Source: Octopus vulgaris (lineage: Eukaryota). From it: a stretch of DNA of 64,000 nt. Numbering within the stretch: position 1 is the first letter of the stretch; each line of letters begins with the position of its first letter. The notes beneath the pieces were generated by a model that was not told the origin of the DNA, did no database searches, and saw only the letters and a program-made list of their open reading frames with translations. The position numbers and the translations under genes were made by a program. Below are positions 14,282-27,400 of the stretch, piece after piece. The stretch spans positions 50,468,001-50,532,000 of the forward strand of contig OX597835.1 in NCBI GenBank assembly GCA_951406725.2. The letters are read 5' to 3'.

Positions 14282-14802
14282 AGTAGCATGGCCTGCTAGT
14301 TGGAGATGCCTATCTAGCTCTTGTAAACATAAGAATTCCAGTCAGTTGCTCCCATAAATTCTAAAATAAAATTTAGGATTTATGGAGGGTCAAAGTTGGG
14401 AACAAAAACAGGACAGTGGAAACATACAAGGAAACCGAATGAAAACAAACATGGAGGGTTGTTAGACCAGAACGAGAGGAAAATAGTGAATGCTGGGAAG
14501 AATATTTTCTTTGAAAAGTGAAAAGATAGAAGAGAGAAAAAGAAATATCCAGTCCTTTGAATGTTCATGCAGGAAAAGAAAGATGGACAATGTTCACATG
14601 TGAGCAATGAGAGAGAGAAAAAAGGGAAAGAGGGGAGAAAGGGAGAGAGAGGGGGTAGAAAACGGTGAAAGAAGGAGGAGAGAAAAGGAGAATTAGAGAA
14701 GGACACAGGAAGGAAACAGTATAGAGTTGCATCAAAAAGGTTATGATAAACTTACTTGGAAATGGATGCATGGTGTTCAATTAAATAAATATAATATAAA
14801 TA

Positions 14803-14896
<94 letters not shown>

Positions 14897-15014
14897 GTCA
14901 TATATATATTTGACAAATTAAACTTAAATGTTGGAGTGAATCAACGCTTTGTGTTTTTAATGCTTATAAACACCTCCACGCTGCAATCAGCACACGATAT
15001 ATATATATATATAT

Positions 15015-15065
<51 letters not shown>

Positions 15066-15072
15066 CACACAT

Positions 15073-15392
15073 ACGTGCTCTCTCAAAAGTGTCGATCCCC
15101 TCCTTAACTTGCTTCCTCTATCTGTGGCGATGACAGGCATTGTTCTCCCAGTCAGTGTCCTGCATATCAAAGGCCTTTAACGAAGAACTTAAGTGAGCAC
15201 GAAAGCGCACGGCTCGTATAGTGAATGGGGAAAGCTTGGTCTGCAATGTTTGCAGTCGTGTATGCTTGTCAAGAGCAGGTCTCATTAGCCACCAACGGAG
15301 CCACAAATGCAAAATATAAGTTAGTCCTAGAGCGCACAATGTTCGTTGAAGGTCGGCAATGGTCTTCCTCGGTCACGAGTGGACAGCCATCA
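15073..15392 (+). mobile_element. 3' fragment of RTE-like LINE in a (TA)n array
   Basis: Encodes a terminal C2H2-like finger LVCNVCSRVCLSRAGLISHQRSH, preceded by an in-frame stop and followed by a short 3' UTR ending gccatcat. Confidence 0.65.
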
Positions 15393-15397
15393 TATAT

Positions 15398-15464
<67 letters not shown>

Positions 15465-15552
15465 ACTAAATATATTATTTATATTATATTTGTTTAACTG
15501 AATGCCACACATCCATTTCCAAGTATATATATATATATATATATATATATTA

Positions 15553-15752
15553 TGGAGATGTACTTGCATAGCAAGTGACCTGATCTGAAATTGTGTGCTA
15601 AAACAAAAACAATTGGAGCATGGAAGGTGTTTATAAACCATTTAAAAAAAACATGCAAAAACCGTTAGATTCACTTCAACATTTAAATTTAATTTGCCAA
15701 AATATTTTTGTCGCTTTGAGACCGCAACCTGTTCACTGACAAAATTCTGTGC
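15553..15752. repeat. Copy of the 6710-6900 repeat with degenerate G3-C8 hammerhead (minus strand, 15693-15743)
   Basis: High identity to 6710-6892. Core GTGAACA is kept; GAAA has mutated to AAAA. Confidence 0.75.
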
Positions 15753-16331
15753 TGCATATACACAGATAAGGACTAAGATTAGGATTCTGACAGAATCAGG
15801 TACTTGCAAATTATGCACTAGGTAGGGTTGAGTAGTGTCTGTGGTTCTGGCCAATAGATGCATGGAGCTATTTGAAATTTTAAGGAAATCTAATAGTGAA
15901 AGTCTACTAAATTATAAAGTAGACCTTTGCCTTTCTTGTATACATAAGGTTACCCAGATGTTTAAATACTTTAAAGATATTAAACAACTTCAATAATAGC
16001 CCCTAGCCTAGGTCCAGTTCTAATTTACCCCCTCTCAAGCAAACCCTGTAGCCCATTGATCTGCCCGTTCATTACACGTCTTCCTAACCTCATTGTTTCT
16101 CTTTTCTCCCCCTTTACCAGGATCTTTCAACTGCTTTTGATATACTTGATTAGTGTGCTATATTGAAGGAACATACCTTTCTATCTGTTATGTACCCAGT
16201 TGCATGCAATAAGTATCACAATGGGACTTAACCTCTAGAATTCGCCTGCACACAAACGACTCTTCGTTTCCAGTTCTACCTCTTTGTACTCCTTACACCA
16301 ACAAATACTTAGTCAAACATAGAGACATACA

Positions 16332-16387
<56 letters not shown>

Positions 16388-16664
16388 CACAACAGATAGC
16401 CTAAACTGTGCCAGTGCTCTACTCAGAGAGAGAATTCACATATATGTACATGCAGGCACACACGCAAATGTATGGATATGTAAGTGATAAATTGGCTGAG
16501 CTGTTAGAACATCAGTTAGATTACTTCACAGTATTGTTGCAATGCCCTGAGTTCAAATCTTGCTGAGGTCATCTTTGCCTTTCATCTTTTTGGGATTAAT
16601 AAAAAAAGTACCTATCCAAGACAGTGGACTGGCAAATCTGTAGGAATGCCAAACCAGCTCGTCG

Positions 16665-17165
16665 TCATCATCATCATCATCCTCATCATTATCATTTAAC
16701 AATCTATTTTCCATGCTGACAGGTGTAAGATGGTTTGACAGGAGCTGGCAAGCCAGAGAGTTGCACCAAGTTCCAGTTGTCTTTTGCAGCATGGTTTCTA
16801 GGGTCAGATACCCTTCCTAATGCCAACCACTTTACAGAATGTGCTGGGTGTTTTTTAGTGGAACCAGCACAAAGGTTCTTTCTATTTTGCATCAGCACAA
16901 GTACTTTTTATGAGGGCCCAGCATTGATGCTTTTTATGTGGTACTAGTATGGATACCTTTTGTGTGGGGCCTGTATGGGTGCTTTCCACTGGCATGGGTT
17001 TGGACAGTTTGACCAGAGCTGACAACCTGGAGAGCTGCACTAGGTTTCAGTCGGATTTTGCTAAGTTTCTATGGCTGAATGTTCTTCCTAATACCAGCTA
17101 CTTTGCAAAGTGTGCTGGGTGTTTTCTATGTAGTCCCAACGTGAGGGCTTCTTATGTGGAACCAG
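16665..17165 (-). mobile_element. SINE family 2 copies with (GAT)n tail
   Basis: Motif gtggttggcattaggaaggg...tagaaac and a (GAT)n tail. Relatives at ~20690, 37920, 38900, 52430, 61257 and 62620-62920. Confidence 0.7.
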
Positions 17166-17577
17166 TGTACATATACACATGTGCATGCACTGATCTATAA
17201 TATAATTTCTTTGTTGTTACAACTTTCAGTGACAAATATATTTAGATAACCTAAAAAAATGTAAGATATTAGTACATGCGTCGTCAGTAGCCTTGTAGAT
17301 TAGCGGGGGGGGGGGGGCTGCCCTTAGGTTTAGAAATAAAGATTTCAAGTTCAAAATACAGTTTGGTTATACGTCCACATTCTGGAATAAGTATGGCACT
17401 TGTTGATGATTGGATATCAAATCAAAACAGGTGTAAATATTTAAACCATTTTTCATCTCTAATGATGTCTGAAAAATGATAACCTTATTAAAAATATTTC
17501 ATTTATCTCAAACATTTTGACATTTAATTTATTTATTTTGCCATATTAGTGAACATTTCATATTTGTATGTTTGCAG

Positions 17578-17649
17578 GCCTTGATGTCCCCCACAGCTTC
17601 AGATATTACACTGGTGAGGGAACTCCCTGCTTTACAAGTCATCAATGAA
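17578..17649 (+). CDS. VPS13: VPS13A/C-like protein, internal exon
   Basis: tgcAG / GTaagt, phase 0-0; ALMSPTASDITLVRELPALQVINE joins LG in the next exon (VAB-type N-LG motif). Confidence 0.8.
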
Positions 17650-17766
17650 GTAAGTGTGCATTCATTTCTCTTTTATTCATATTTCTTCATTAAAACATCA
17701 ACTTTATTTCAGAGGCTGAAACCAAATACAAGCTTAGAATGTGGAAATATATTTGATGTTTAAAAG

Positions 17767-18588
17767 CAGTGCTGCCCAACCGTTTCCAAACATGGGCTGG
17801 ATTTAAGAAACAACAGCACCAGTGGGCCAGATTCACATTTCTAGTCTTTCATCTTTTAATACTACTTGAAATGGTTTGAAAAAATTATTCAGAACTGAAA
17901 ATATTGATTTTATTTGAAGTAAAAGCACTTTCTCCTTACGTTGATCTCCTTCATAACAATTATGGGTCGAAGCGTGCTTTAATGTGTAATGCTGTTTCAC
18001 ATTCTAAACTTTTGGAACTGTGACTGTTTCACCACAAATCAGGCAGAGACATTTTGTATTTGATTCCACAAATTATTCCAGACCTTGTTAAACCTGTCAT
18101 TCTCCTAGTCTGCCTTTCTGATTTTTCTGGCTGATGCCATGGATGAACAAAATTCGAAATTAGTTGTGAAGTGTTGCTAACACAATGTCAGTGCCCATGG
18201 CCCTTGCTTGGGGTTGGGGGAAGGCATGTCCCCCAGGCAGCACCTCTCTTGGGGGCAGAGGCGGAAAAAACACATATGCCATGCTGCCCCACTAGTAGAG
18301 GGGCGGATCTTTTGCAAGCACAGGGCCTCCAATAACATGGACAAACAAAACCTGAAATTTATTACTATAGTGACAGCTATGCACACACAACATACACAGA
18401 GCACAGAGTAGGAAGCTGCTTTGAGAAGTGTTTATTGGGAGCCAATAATCATTTATTAATCGAAGAAAAATAACAGTATTAAGCTTCTGGGTTAATATTA
18501 AGGAATATGCTGAAGACTGGCTAATAGGCCTGATTCTAAGGCTTTGTGGGCCAGATCCAGCCCATGGGATGGACGTTGGGCAGCACAG
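17767..18588. mobile_element. Non-autonomous hAT element
   Basis: TIRs cagtgctgcccaac / gttgggcagcacag; 8-bp TSD tttaaaag / tttaaaaa. Confidence 0.8.
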
Positions 18589-18669
18589 TTTAAAAACTAT
18601 CTTGTATGCTTAATTATTTTGATACTAAACCATCTGAGCCTATCTCTGACTCTACAATAAAAAAACTGT

Positions 18670-19140
18670 TCATTTAGCAACCTTTCTCTTCATTTAGCAT
18701 CCTCTCATAGTGGTGTCTCCAAGTCTTTCTCCTTGCAGCCTCATTAACTGCAAGTGAGCCATCATCCATGCGGACACATTTCTCTCCTATGACATCACGA
18801 TTCGCTCTCACATAATGTCTTGTAACATGAAACACTTCATGTCTTTGGTCCTCAGGATGCAGAACATTGACAAATTTTTCTTATTTGCTTCCCCTCTTGC
18901 TAAGTAGATCTGTCTCCTAGCTTCCCTTCTGGCAGTCTGATACAATTCCCTATCACCACCATTCTTCCAGTCCTTCCATGCCTGTTTCTTTTCCCTAATG
19001 GCCCTGTCAACTACATTACCTTCGGTTGAGAGAGGACTTTGCACCATCCACAGATCTGGTCAGTAGCCCTCAACATAGGAGCTTTCAGTTATCTTCCACA
19101 TCATGTGATGCTATATCCTCCTCTATTTTGGGGGCAATAC
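18670..19140 (-). mobile_element. Decayed RTE-clade LINE fragment
   Basis: VVDRAIREKKQAWKDWKNGGDRELYQTARREARRQIYLARGEA, then after a frameshift DVIGEKCVRMDDGSLAV...WRHHYERMLNEE; typical of the EN-RT linker. Confidence 0.7.
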
Positions 19141-19901
19141 ATGAGACCATTTTTTCTAAGGGGTTTTCAAGATTGGTGGGAGAGAGGTGAAAGAAACCAT
19201 GACTCATCGAATGCTGTGATAAGCAGCAACACATTGAGATATACTCAGAATCAAGAACTTGGTCTCAAAGCTTACAACAGGGCAAGTTAAGCTGAAGTGA
19301 CAAGGAGTACAGAGAAGAAGCAAATGTGGAGATGACAGAAATGTGGAGTTGACTGAAATTGAAAGAATACTAGAGTACAAAACTGAAAGTTATGAAAGCT
19401 AAATGTCCAAGAAGATATATATGAAGGGTGTCAAGAAAGGCCTTGTTGGAGGCCCAAACTTCCAGGTTTTTTTACAGGGCTTAGAAAAACTGAAGGACCA
19501 CTGCAATAAGTGTATGAATCTGAGAGGGGAATACGTTGAATAAAATCATAACTGATCCTCCTGTATTTTCTTTTACCCAGAACTAGGAACTTTTCAGCAC
19601 CCCCCCCCTTGAAGGGAAAAGAAACTCCACTCTGATACAAAACAATAAACATAGCAGGTTTGTGATTTAGAACAGCTGTAAGATGAAAGATTCTGACATG
19701 GAATAAATGTGACAAAGTCAAAATATAGTCAAAATTGTTATATATTGTAATTTTGGCTTTTGTTGGATTTTTTTTTTTGTTATATAAATCTTTGCCAGGC
19801 TCTATGTTTATATCTAAATTCTCACGTTTGTGAATTATTTGATTATATATTTGCACACACACGCACACACACATATAATGTTTATTTTTTATCGTTATCA
19901 G

Positions 19902-19943
19902 CTTGGTTGTCATGCTGTTGTGACACTGCATCATTCTGTCAAG
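19902..19943 (+). CDS. VPS13: VPS13A/C-like protein, 42-nt exon
   Basis: atcAG / GTaagt, phase 0-0; LGCHAVVTLHHSVK. Confidence 0.75.
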
Positions 19944-21660
19944 GTAAGTTTGTACATCTCCTGCTGCTACAACGCAAACTTCCTGTCTTAAAGTAATCTC
20001 ATTTATAAGTTCATATCAAAATTTCTTGTGGATTCATGTTTCAAACACCAACTTAATATCATTTCAAATTTTGGCACAAAGCCAGCAATTTTGGGGGAGA
20101 GGGTAAGTCGATTACGTCAAGCCCAGCTCACTTAATCTATCGATCTTGAAAGGATGAAAGGCAAAGTCAACCTCAGAAGAATTTGAACTCAGAACATAAA
20201 GACAGATGAAATGCCACTAAGCATTTCGCCCAGTGTGCTAACGATTCTGCCAGTTTGCTGCCTTAATAATAATCTTTTCTGCTAAAGGCACAAGGCCTGA
20301 AATTACATCGACCCTAGTGTTCCACTGGTACTTAATTTATCAACCCTGAAAAGATGAAAGATAAAGTTGACCTCAGCGGAATTTGAACTCAGAATGTAAA
20401 GACAGATGAAAGGCAAAGCTAGTGTGCTAACACTTCTGCCAGCTCACCACCAAAACAAATACCAACAAGTTATTTTACTAAATTCATTATTAAAAAAAAT
20501 ATTAATTGAAACATGAACTGGGATTTTCAACAGAAATATGGTAGTGAAAGAATTTATGTAAAATTATAAGCAAGAGGATATCACTCCCCCACACCTCCAT
20601 AAATAACCAATAAATAGCAATTAGATCACAGATCTAATTGCTGTTATTCAAATTAATCAAAATATTATGAATAACATGTCGTTGTTTTCATCATCATCGT
20701 CATTTCATAGCTTTGCATTTTATGGTGTAACAGGATCCGATGGGTTCAAGGGCTACACTGTGTCTCCAATGTCTGCTTTGGCATGGTTTCTACAGCTGGA
20801 TGCCCTACCTTCATGGCTTGCACTGGGAGCGTTTTTAATGCCTCAAGTGCTATTGTGGTTGCTGTGCAGCTTGCAAGGCTATAAAACCCAGGAGAGGTAG
20901 CTTTCTGCTGGGAGAAGAGCATTTAAAGTATGTGGCAAGGGGTTAGAATAGAACTGGTTTCTTGCTGCAGAAGAACTGCTCATGTTTTAGAAGAGGATAT
21001 GGAAGTGATCAAGGAGGTGTGGAAGAGGAAACAGTGATGATGTGGGGTTTGTGTGGACCCTCAACATAAAAGATGAGTTGAAGTGAATGGGAAAAAGAAC
21101 CCATAGTGGTCAGTAAAGGTTGCAAGAGTGAGAAATGGGGAATAGGTGAGGAGTGAATATAATGAATGAAGAAGGGGCTGAACTGGCTGAATTGTTAGCA
21201 AGCTGGGCAAAATGCTTAGCAACAGTTCACCTGTCCTAATGTTCTGAGTTCAAATTCTGCCAAGGTCAACTTAGTCTTTCATCCTTTTGGGGTTAATAAA
21301 ATAAGTACCAGTTGGGCACTGGGATTGGTGTAATTGACTAACCCCCACTCCTGAAATTTCAGGACTTGTGCCAAAATTTGAAACCAGTATAAAGAACGAA
21401 GTATAATTGTTGAGGGGTGGATGTAGTGAATGGTGAATAAGGGGTGGGCAGTGAGCAATGCTGCTCTGGTGTGGAGAGTAGTAGAATAGTAATCCAGCTG
21501 GCTGGATAACTGAAGAGATGTTAGCATGGGTTTCTGCTCCAACATCCAAAACTTGGAGTTTTATCATGGCTACCGAATTATATTTACTGATAAATTCCTC
21601 TATTTACATAATATCGAGGTCTCTTTCATTCTTTTGTTATCTTACCATTTCTATCAATAC

Positions 21661-21691
<31 letters not shown>

Positions 21692-21835
21692 TAAATATAC
21701 AGGGGATTTTTTAAAAAAATTATTTCTTTTTTAAAAGTTATAGTATGTTACTAACCTTTTTGGAAGAAGTTTTTTTCCTAGTGTGTGCAAGCACTTTCAA
21801 TTAATCTTTTCAAACACGCATGCTTTTGGTTTATA

Positions 21836-21939
21836 CAGGGTGTTCAAAAAGTGTCTCCACAGTAAGTATTTTATTGCAAAATAAATATTTATAAGATGGT
21901 ATAAGACTACAAAAGAATATATTAGATTTTTTTAACACC

Positions 21940-21942
<3 letters not shown>
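21836..21942. mobile_element. Tc1/mariner-type MITE (107 bp)
   Basis: TA|cagggtgttcaaaaa ... tttttaacaccctg|TA. Confidence 0.7.
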
Positions 21943-21998
<56 letters not shown>

Positions 21999-22362
21999 TA
22001 CACACACACATACACACATTTATATATACTTATACATGCACACAAACACAAGTGCAATTTGCACTTCAGTTTGAACCTCCGATGAAGTCACAGGGTGATT
22101 CACAATCATGCAACTAAGAGTGTATTGCATCTTATAAACGAAACAGCTGTAAGCTAATGTAGTTCACAGCACAATTTCTTTTTTCTGTTGTCATTTTAAT
22201 TCCTTATTACTGCTCTCATTACTGCTCGACTGATACTTTGTACTGAAACATATATATTGAGTTCTAATACCAAGTTATTAGTATCATAATGCCTAAGTAA
22301 AATAATAAAATATATATATTTACCATTTGAAAATTGTGTTGTTTTATTGTTTCTATTCTCAG

Positions 22363-22475
22363 AATCCTGAAGAAAAAGTCCAAGGCTGTTCAGTGATTCA
22401 GAAAAAGAATGCTAATGGTACAGAAGAAAAAAAAGTGATCACTTCTCCAGATTGGACAACCTCTCCAGATGATGA
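22363..22475 (+). CDS. VPS13: VPS13A/C-like protein, internal exon
   Basis: ctcAG / GTaagt, phase 0-2; NPEEKVQGCSVIQKK...DWTTSPDD. Confidence 0.75.
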
Positions 22476-22856
22476 GTAAGTATATTTTTTTATTGCATAT
22501 TACACATAAAGAACTGAATATTAATGTATATTTGCATGTATAAATGGTGTGACACAGCTAATACATGCACAAGCAATCAACATGCATTTCAGAAAAAAGG
22601 GTCACCTGCCTAACAGATCTTGTTCAATGAGACAATGAGGTTGCTTCTATTTACTTAACCTGCTAAAAATAGCACCTGAATTTCCTTCAAGTCATACTCT
22701 ACTTTGACATTTTAGATAATGTAATTCTGGATATACCATGTCACAAATACAAATATATTTGATCATAAGTTTGTTTGCACTATCAGGATTGACCAGAAGT
22801 TAAGCAACAACAGAGTGAAGTTCACAAGTGACAATACTCCAAAAATCTTCAAATTT

Positions 22857-23310
22857 ACCCCTTTATGACACCAACCTATCTGACACCACCCCTGCTTTTA
22901 TGACGCAAACTTCCTGTTTTAACTCTTTTGATATGAACCTACCTAAAACAGCTCCTGAGTCTATGATCCAAACTTCCTGATTTGATCTAAATTAAAATTT
23001 CCCATCAAAATCTCTTGTTAATTTGTTTCAAATAGCAACTTAATAATGATTTTAGAATTTCGGCACAAGGCTAGCAATTTTGGGGAAGGAATAAGTTGAT
23101 TATATTGACCTCGGTACTCAACTGGTACTTATTTTACCAGTCTTGAACGGATGTAAAACAAAATTGTCCATGAAGACGGATGAAATGCCTCTAAGCATTT
23201 CATCCAGCTTGTTAATGGTTCTGCTAGCCGGCCTCCTTAAACACCAACTTAATAATGATTGTTTATTTTACAAAGTATTCCAACAGAAATATGGTAACAA
23301 AAAGATTAAT
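22857..23310. mobile_element. piggyBac-like MITE remnant with nested family 1 SINE
   Basis: Same repeat as ~11780-11963 and ~19965-20550. The nested SINE is flanked by a duplicated caacttaataatgatt (23036-23051, 23245-23260). Confidence 0.55.
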
Positions 23311-23410
23311 GTAAAATATAAGATAAAAAACAGTTAAAATGCAATTTAAAAAGCAAAAACAATTACATCAGAATTGTTCTTTGATGTGTTCTCTGATTCT
23401 TCTGTTTTAG

Positions 23411-23552
23411 TGAAATCGATGGTTTAAGTTTCCTGCCCAAGGCATTGTCAAACATTGGTAATATGGTAAAGCTGTTCCCAATACAACCATTCCCTGATAC
23501 TTTTGATTATGCAACAACTGAGAATCTTGACAAGAATCAGATGACATTGCAA
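23411..23552 (+). CDS. VPS13: VPS13A/C-like protein, internal exon
   Basis: tttAG / GTaagt, phase 2-0; EIDGLSFLPKALS...NLDKNQMTLQ. Confidence 0.8.
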
Positions 23553-26024
23553 GTAAGTAATTCATTTCTTTTGATTTTAATGTTGTATTTTGTGCAGCAA
23601 AGTGATTGTTGGTTACTGGTTTCCACTGGTGCACTTGTGTTTGTGGTGAACAGGGATTGTGTCTGTAACACTGTTTTCTTCATTTCTTTTTGTCTGTTGT
23701 TGTTTCTTATTAGTAAACATTGGTGATTACCAACGTTCAATGACAAGGATCGCTATCAGATGCAAACATATGAGATGCAAACATGCTGAGGTGGTTAAGA
23801 AGTTTGCATCACAACCTCATGCTTTTATGTTTAGTCCCACTGCTCAGCACCTTGAACAAATGCTTTCTACTGTAGCCTTAGCCTACTGAGTGAATTTGGT
23901 GGATGGAAACTGCAAGGAATCCTAATGTGTGTGTGTGTATGTGTCACCCCACTGCTTAGCAACCAGTGTTGGCTTGTTTTGTATCCTTGTAATTTAGTGG
24001 GTCAGTAAAGAGTATCAGACTTAAAAGGAACCACTAAAGTGGATTTTACCCCCACCCCAGCATGGCTGCAGTCTAATGAGTGATAGAAGCAAAAGGAGAA
24101 AAGAATATATATATGCACCCACACACACGTGTGTATGACTAAGTGCATTACGGTTCGAATGTGTGTATATATGTATATACTTGAGTGTGTATTGTGTAAA
24201 CTTATGCACAGTTTTGTCAACTAAATCTGAGTCATAAAGAAGGCATTGAAGGATAAAGAGTAGACATTCTCAAATGGAGGGAAACAAACCAACAACTGGC
24301 AGGCTTCTTTTTTTTTTTTTTTCAGATAGGAAATCTTTCTTCCTCCACATAAATATCCTCCTAATAGATAATGTCCCCAAAATAAATGCCAACTGACCAA
24401 TGAGCAAGGCTTCACTTGCAACAAAGTAAACACATTGGGGATTGCAATATCAGAAGTTCTTAAGATTGAAGAGAAGTCTGAGGAGCAGCATTAGCAAGGG
24501 GCAACACTATTTCTAAGTGTCTGACATGTTTAGAGGGGTCATATTTTTCCTTGGAAATGAAATACAGTGGAACTTCGGTTTAGATTTAATTAATTCCTGA
24601 AGGTCATTTGTTGCTTGAAGTTTTTGTAAACTGAAATTATTTTACTGATAGGAAATTCAAGAGAAGGCCCTGGGGGGGGGAATCCAAGCTTGTCACTAAC
24701 TGTTGTTGCTGGTTTGTGTGCTCATTGCTTGGGAAGTGTTTGTCACATTTTCTGTTTGAAAAATTGTTTGTCAACTGAGGTACAACTGAGTATGGTAGTA
24801 TAAAAAAATATTGTTTTCAGATTTTGGCTCAAGGCCAGCAATTTCAGGGGAGAGGTAAGTCAATTACATCAACCCCAATACTCAATTGGTATTTACTTTT
24901 TCATGAACTCTGAATGAAGAGACAGGCAAAATACCTGATAATAAATCACTGCTCAAAAATATCTTCTGTTTGATTAAAATAGACTGCTGTTTTTTTTTTT
25001 GTTTTTGTTTTTTTGTTTCAGGGTGTTTTTAGGGTGGGTTTGTAAAACATTGGGAGGGAGCATTTGAAAGATGGTATTCAGTAAAAAGGGGCTCTGAGTT
25101 TCAAGAAAAGGATGACTTGGTAAATATACTATGCTTTTTGTAATTGTGTTGCATGTCCATTTAGTTGTGTGCAGACAGAGGAACACTTTTTTTTTATCCT
25201 CTCATCCTTGACCTATTGAAGCATTCAGGGTGGAAGAAAGGAACCATGATGTAGTCGACTTACACTCTTCCCCAAACTTTCTGGCCCGGTGCCAAGACTT
25301 GGAATCAATATTATCAGTCAGAATTTCTACCAAGGTCAACTGCCTTTTATCCTTTTGGGGTTGATAAAAGAAGTACCAGTTGAACACCAGTGTTGATGTA
25401 ATTGACTTATCCCATCCCCCGAAAATGCTGGCCTTGTGCCAAAATTTGAAACCAACATTATCAGACAGAATCTTTTCCTTGAATTCTCTGACAAACTGCC
25501 TCTTTCGATTTTCTGATCATCAACTTCATAGCAAACATATGTTAGGAACTTTAACACATAAACCAGCTCTGAGAGCAAAGACTCACACTCTTGACTGAAC
25601 TCACTGACAAGCAAGCATTTTTCAATTGTTTGTCCATCAAGTATATAGCAAACGTTTGCAGTGGACATATTTCTAGTGAAATATTCACTTAATTCCAAGA
25701 AATAATGAAGCATTTAGTAAAATGCCTGTCATTACTAAGCTGGCGTTTAGAACAAATTAACATGAAACTTCGAAAAAAAGGTTTTAATTTAGACCACTTT
25801 CAAACAAGAAGTTTGTATCATATCACCAGGGGTGGTCTTGGGTGGGTTGGTATCAGAAATCTTCTACTTCCTTTGTCTTTCTTTCAACCAATGAGACAGC
25901 CTCTACATGTGTTTAACAAAGAATCTTCCATGTGAGTTTGTGACAACCGAGTTAACTTTGCAGAACCTTGAACCTTTTTTTGGTTTCATTTATTTTTTAT
26001 TAATTTTTCTATATTTCTTTCCAG

Positions 26025-26099
26025 TTTGATGGCTTTGACCCAATGACACTCTCTTATGCCAGAGCATGTCACAAACTAATACCCATGCAACCAGTTAAG
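26025..26099 (+). CDS. VPS13: VPS13A/C-like protein, internal exon
   Basis: tccAG / GTgagt, phase 0-0; FDGFDPMTLSYARACHKLIPMQPVK. Confidence 0.8.
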
Positions 26100-26792
26100 G
26101 TGAGTAAGCCAGTCAAAGGCAGGTTCAGATCTGCTTGAGGTCTTTCATGGGATTTTTTCAGTAAATATTGAAATATTTTTAATCCTGAAATTTTAAATAA
26201 ATGAATGAATATGTTTATGGCATAAATATTTTAATCATCATCATTGTTTTTGTTTACATGATAATGGTGAGTGTTAACATCATCATCATCATCATCATTT
26301 TTATATTGGATGGACAGACTATATTCCGTGTTTCCCTTTGCTCAATTGTTGACACCTTCTCCATCGAACCATGTGAAATATCCACCATTATCAACCTGTG
26401 TGTAGGGGTTAGATGGAGATGTAAATTTTATTTTGTTTTTTTTTATTAAATAAATGAATAAACAAATTAACAACATAATCATTGAAATTATGATCAGTGT
26501 TTTCTGTTGTTGTCAGTGTTGTTGTTCTTGTCTCTGACAACATCATATACAGCTCTGTATAGTGTTCTTATGTCTATTCAATAAAGCAACAAATGCTACC
26601 CAGTATTCATTTATTACAATATGAAATTTGTATTTTGATGGCAGGGAAACACTTACCCACAATATTTTCTCTTTATTTTCCCTTTTTGCTTTTTGGGGGT
26701 CTAAGGGTAGGGAGTATCAGTTTCTATATTTCAATTTTCAAAAAATTTTAATAAAACTATTGATGTGACTGATTTATCAAATTTCATTTCAG

Positions 26793-26873
26793 AACAACAC
26801 AAAATACTGCTTTGTCTGGGATGTAGACATATCTCATGGAAGGAAGCTCGTTAAAGTCAGCTCTCCTCTCAAG
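26793..26873 (+). CDS. VPS13: VPS13A/C-like protein, VAB-repeat exon
   Basis: ttcAG / GTaaaa, phase 0-0; FVWDVDISHGRKLVKVSSPLK plus the following IQNN matches the VPS13 G-K-V-IRSP-QI-N motif. Confidence 0.88.
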
Positions 26874-26906
26874 GTAAAAGTCTTATCTTAAATAAAACTT
26901 AAAACA

Positions 26907-27400
26907 CTTTTATATTTAACAGATGAGGAATTATGTACATTATTTACATTATTTACGATTGACAAATATTTGTCCTCATCTTGTTTGTTAACACAACATT
27001 TCAGCTGATATACCCTTGGACCATAATCAGGTGTTTTGGGGAAATTTTCAAACCTGGGTTCTCATTCCTAAGGTATTTTTCGTTGTTGTTGTTCAGGTCA
27101 CTGCCTGGAATCGAACTTGAAATCTTGCGGTTAGTAGCCTGCGCTCGTAACCACTATGCCATATGCTCATGGGCATATGGCATAGTGGTTAAGAGCACAG
27201 TCTACTAACCCCAGGATTCCGAGTTCGATTCCAAGCAGTGACTTAAATAATAGTAATAATAACAATAACAACATTGAAAAATACTTTAGGAATGAGAACC
27301 CAGGTTCAAATTTCCCCAAGACACCTATTGGAGGGTGAAACGTTGTGTTAACAACAAACAAGAGGATGACAGATATCTGTCAATTATAAATAATGTAAAT
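26907..27400. mobile_element. Palindromic head-to-head dimer of a tRNA-headed SINE
   Basis: Zero-spacer symmetry at 27169/27170. A box tggcatagtgg and B box gttcgattcc on each strand. Flanked by an 18-bp direct repeat taaataaaactt(a/g)aaaca. Confidence 0.8.

Noticed and set aside
24565-24790. Possible pogo/Tigger-like MITE (cagtggaacttcggtt ... aactgaggtacaactg)
   Set aside because: The inverted ends are too degenerate and the right TA target is missing.
27170-27245. tRNA gene
   Set aside because: Has A and B boxes but no proper acceptor stem and continues into a repeat body; treated as a SINE head.
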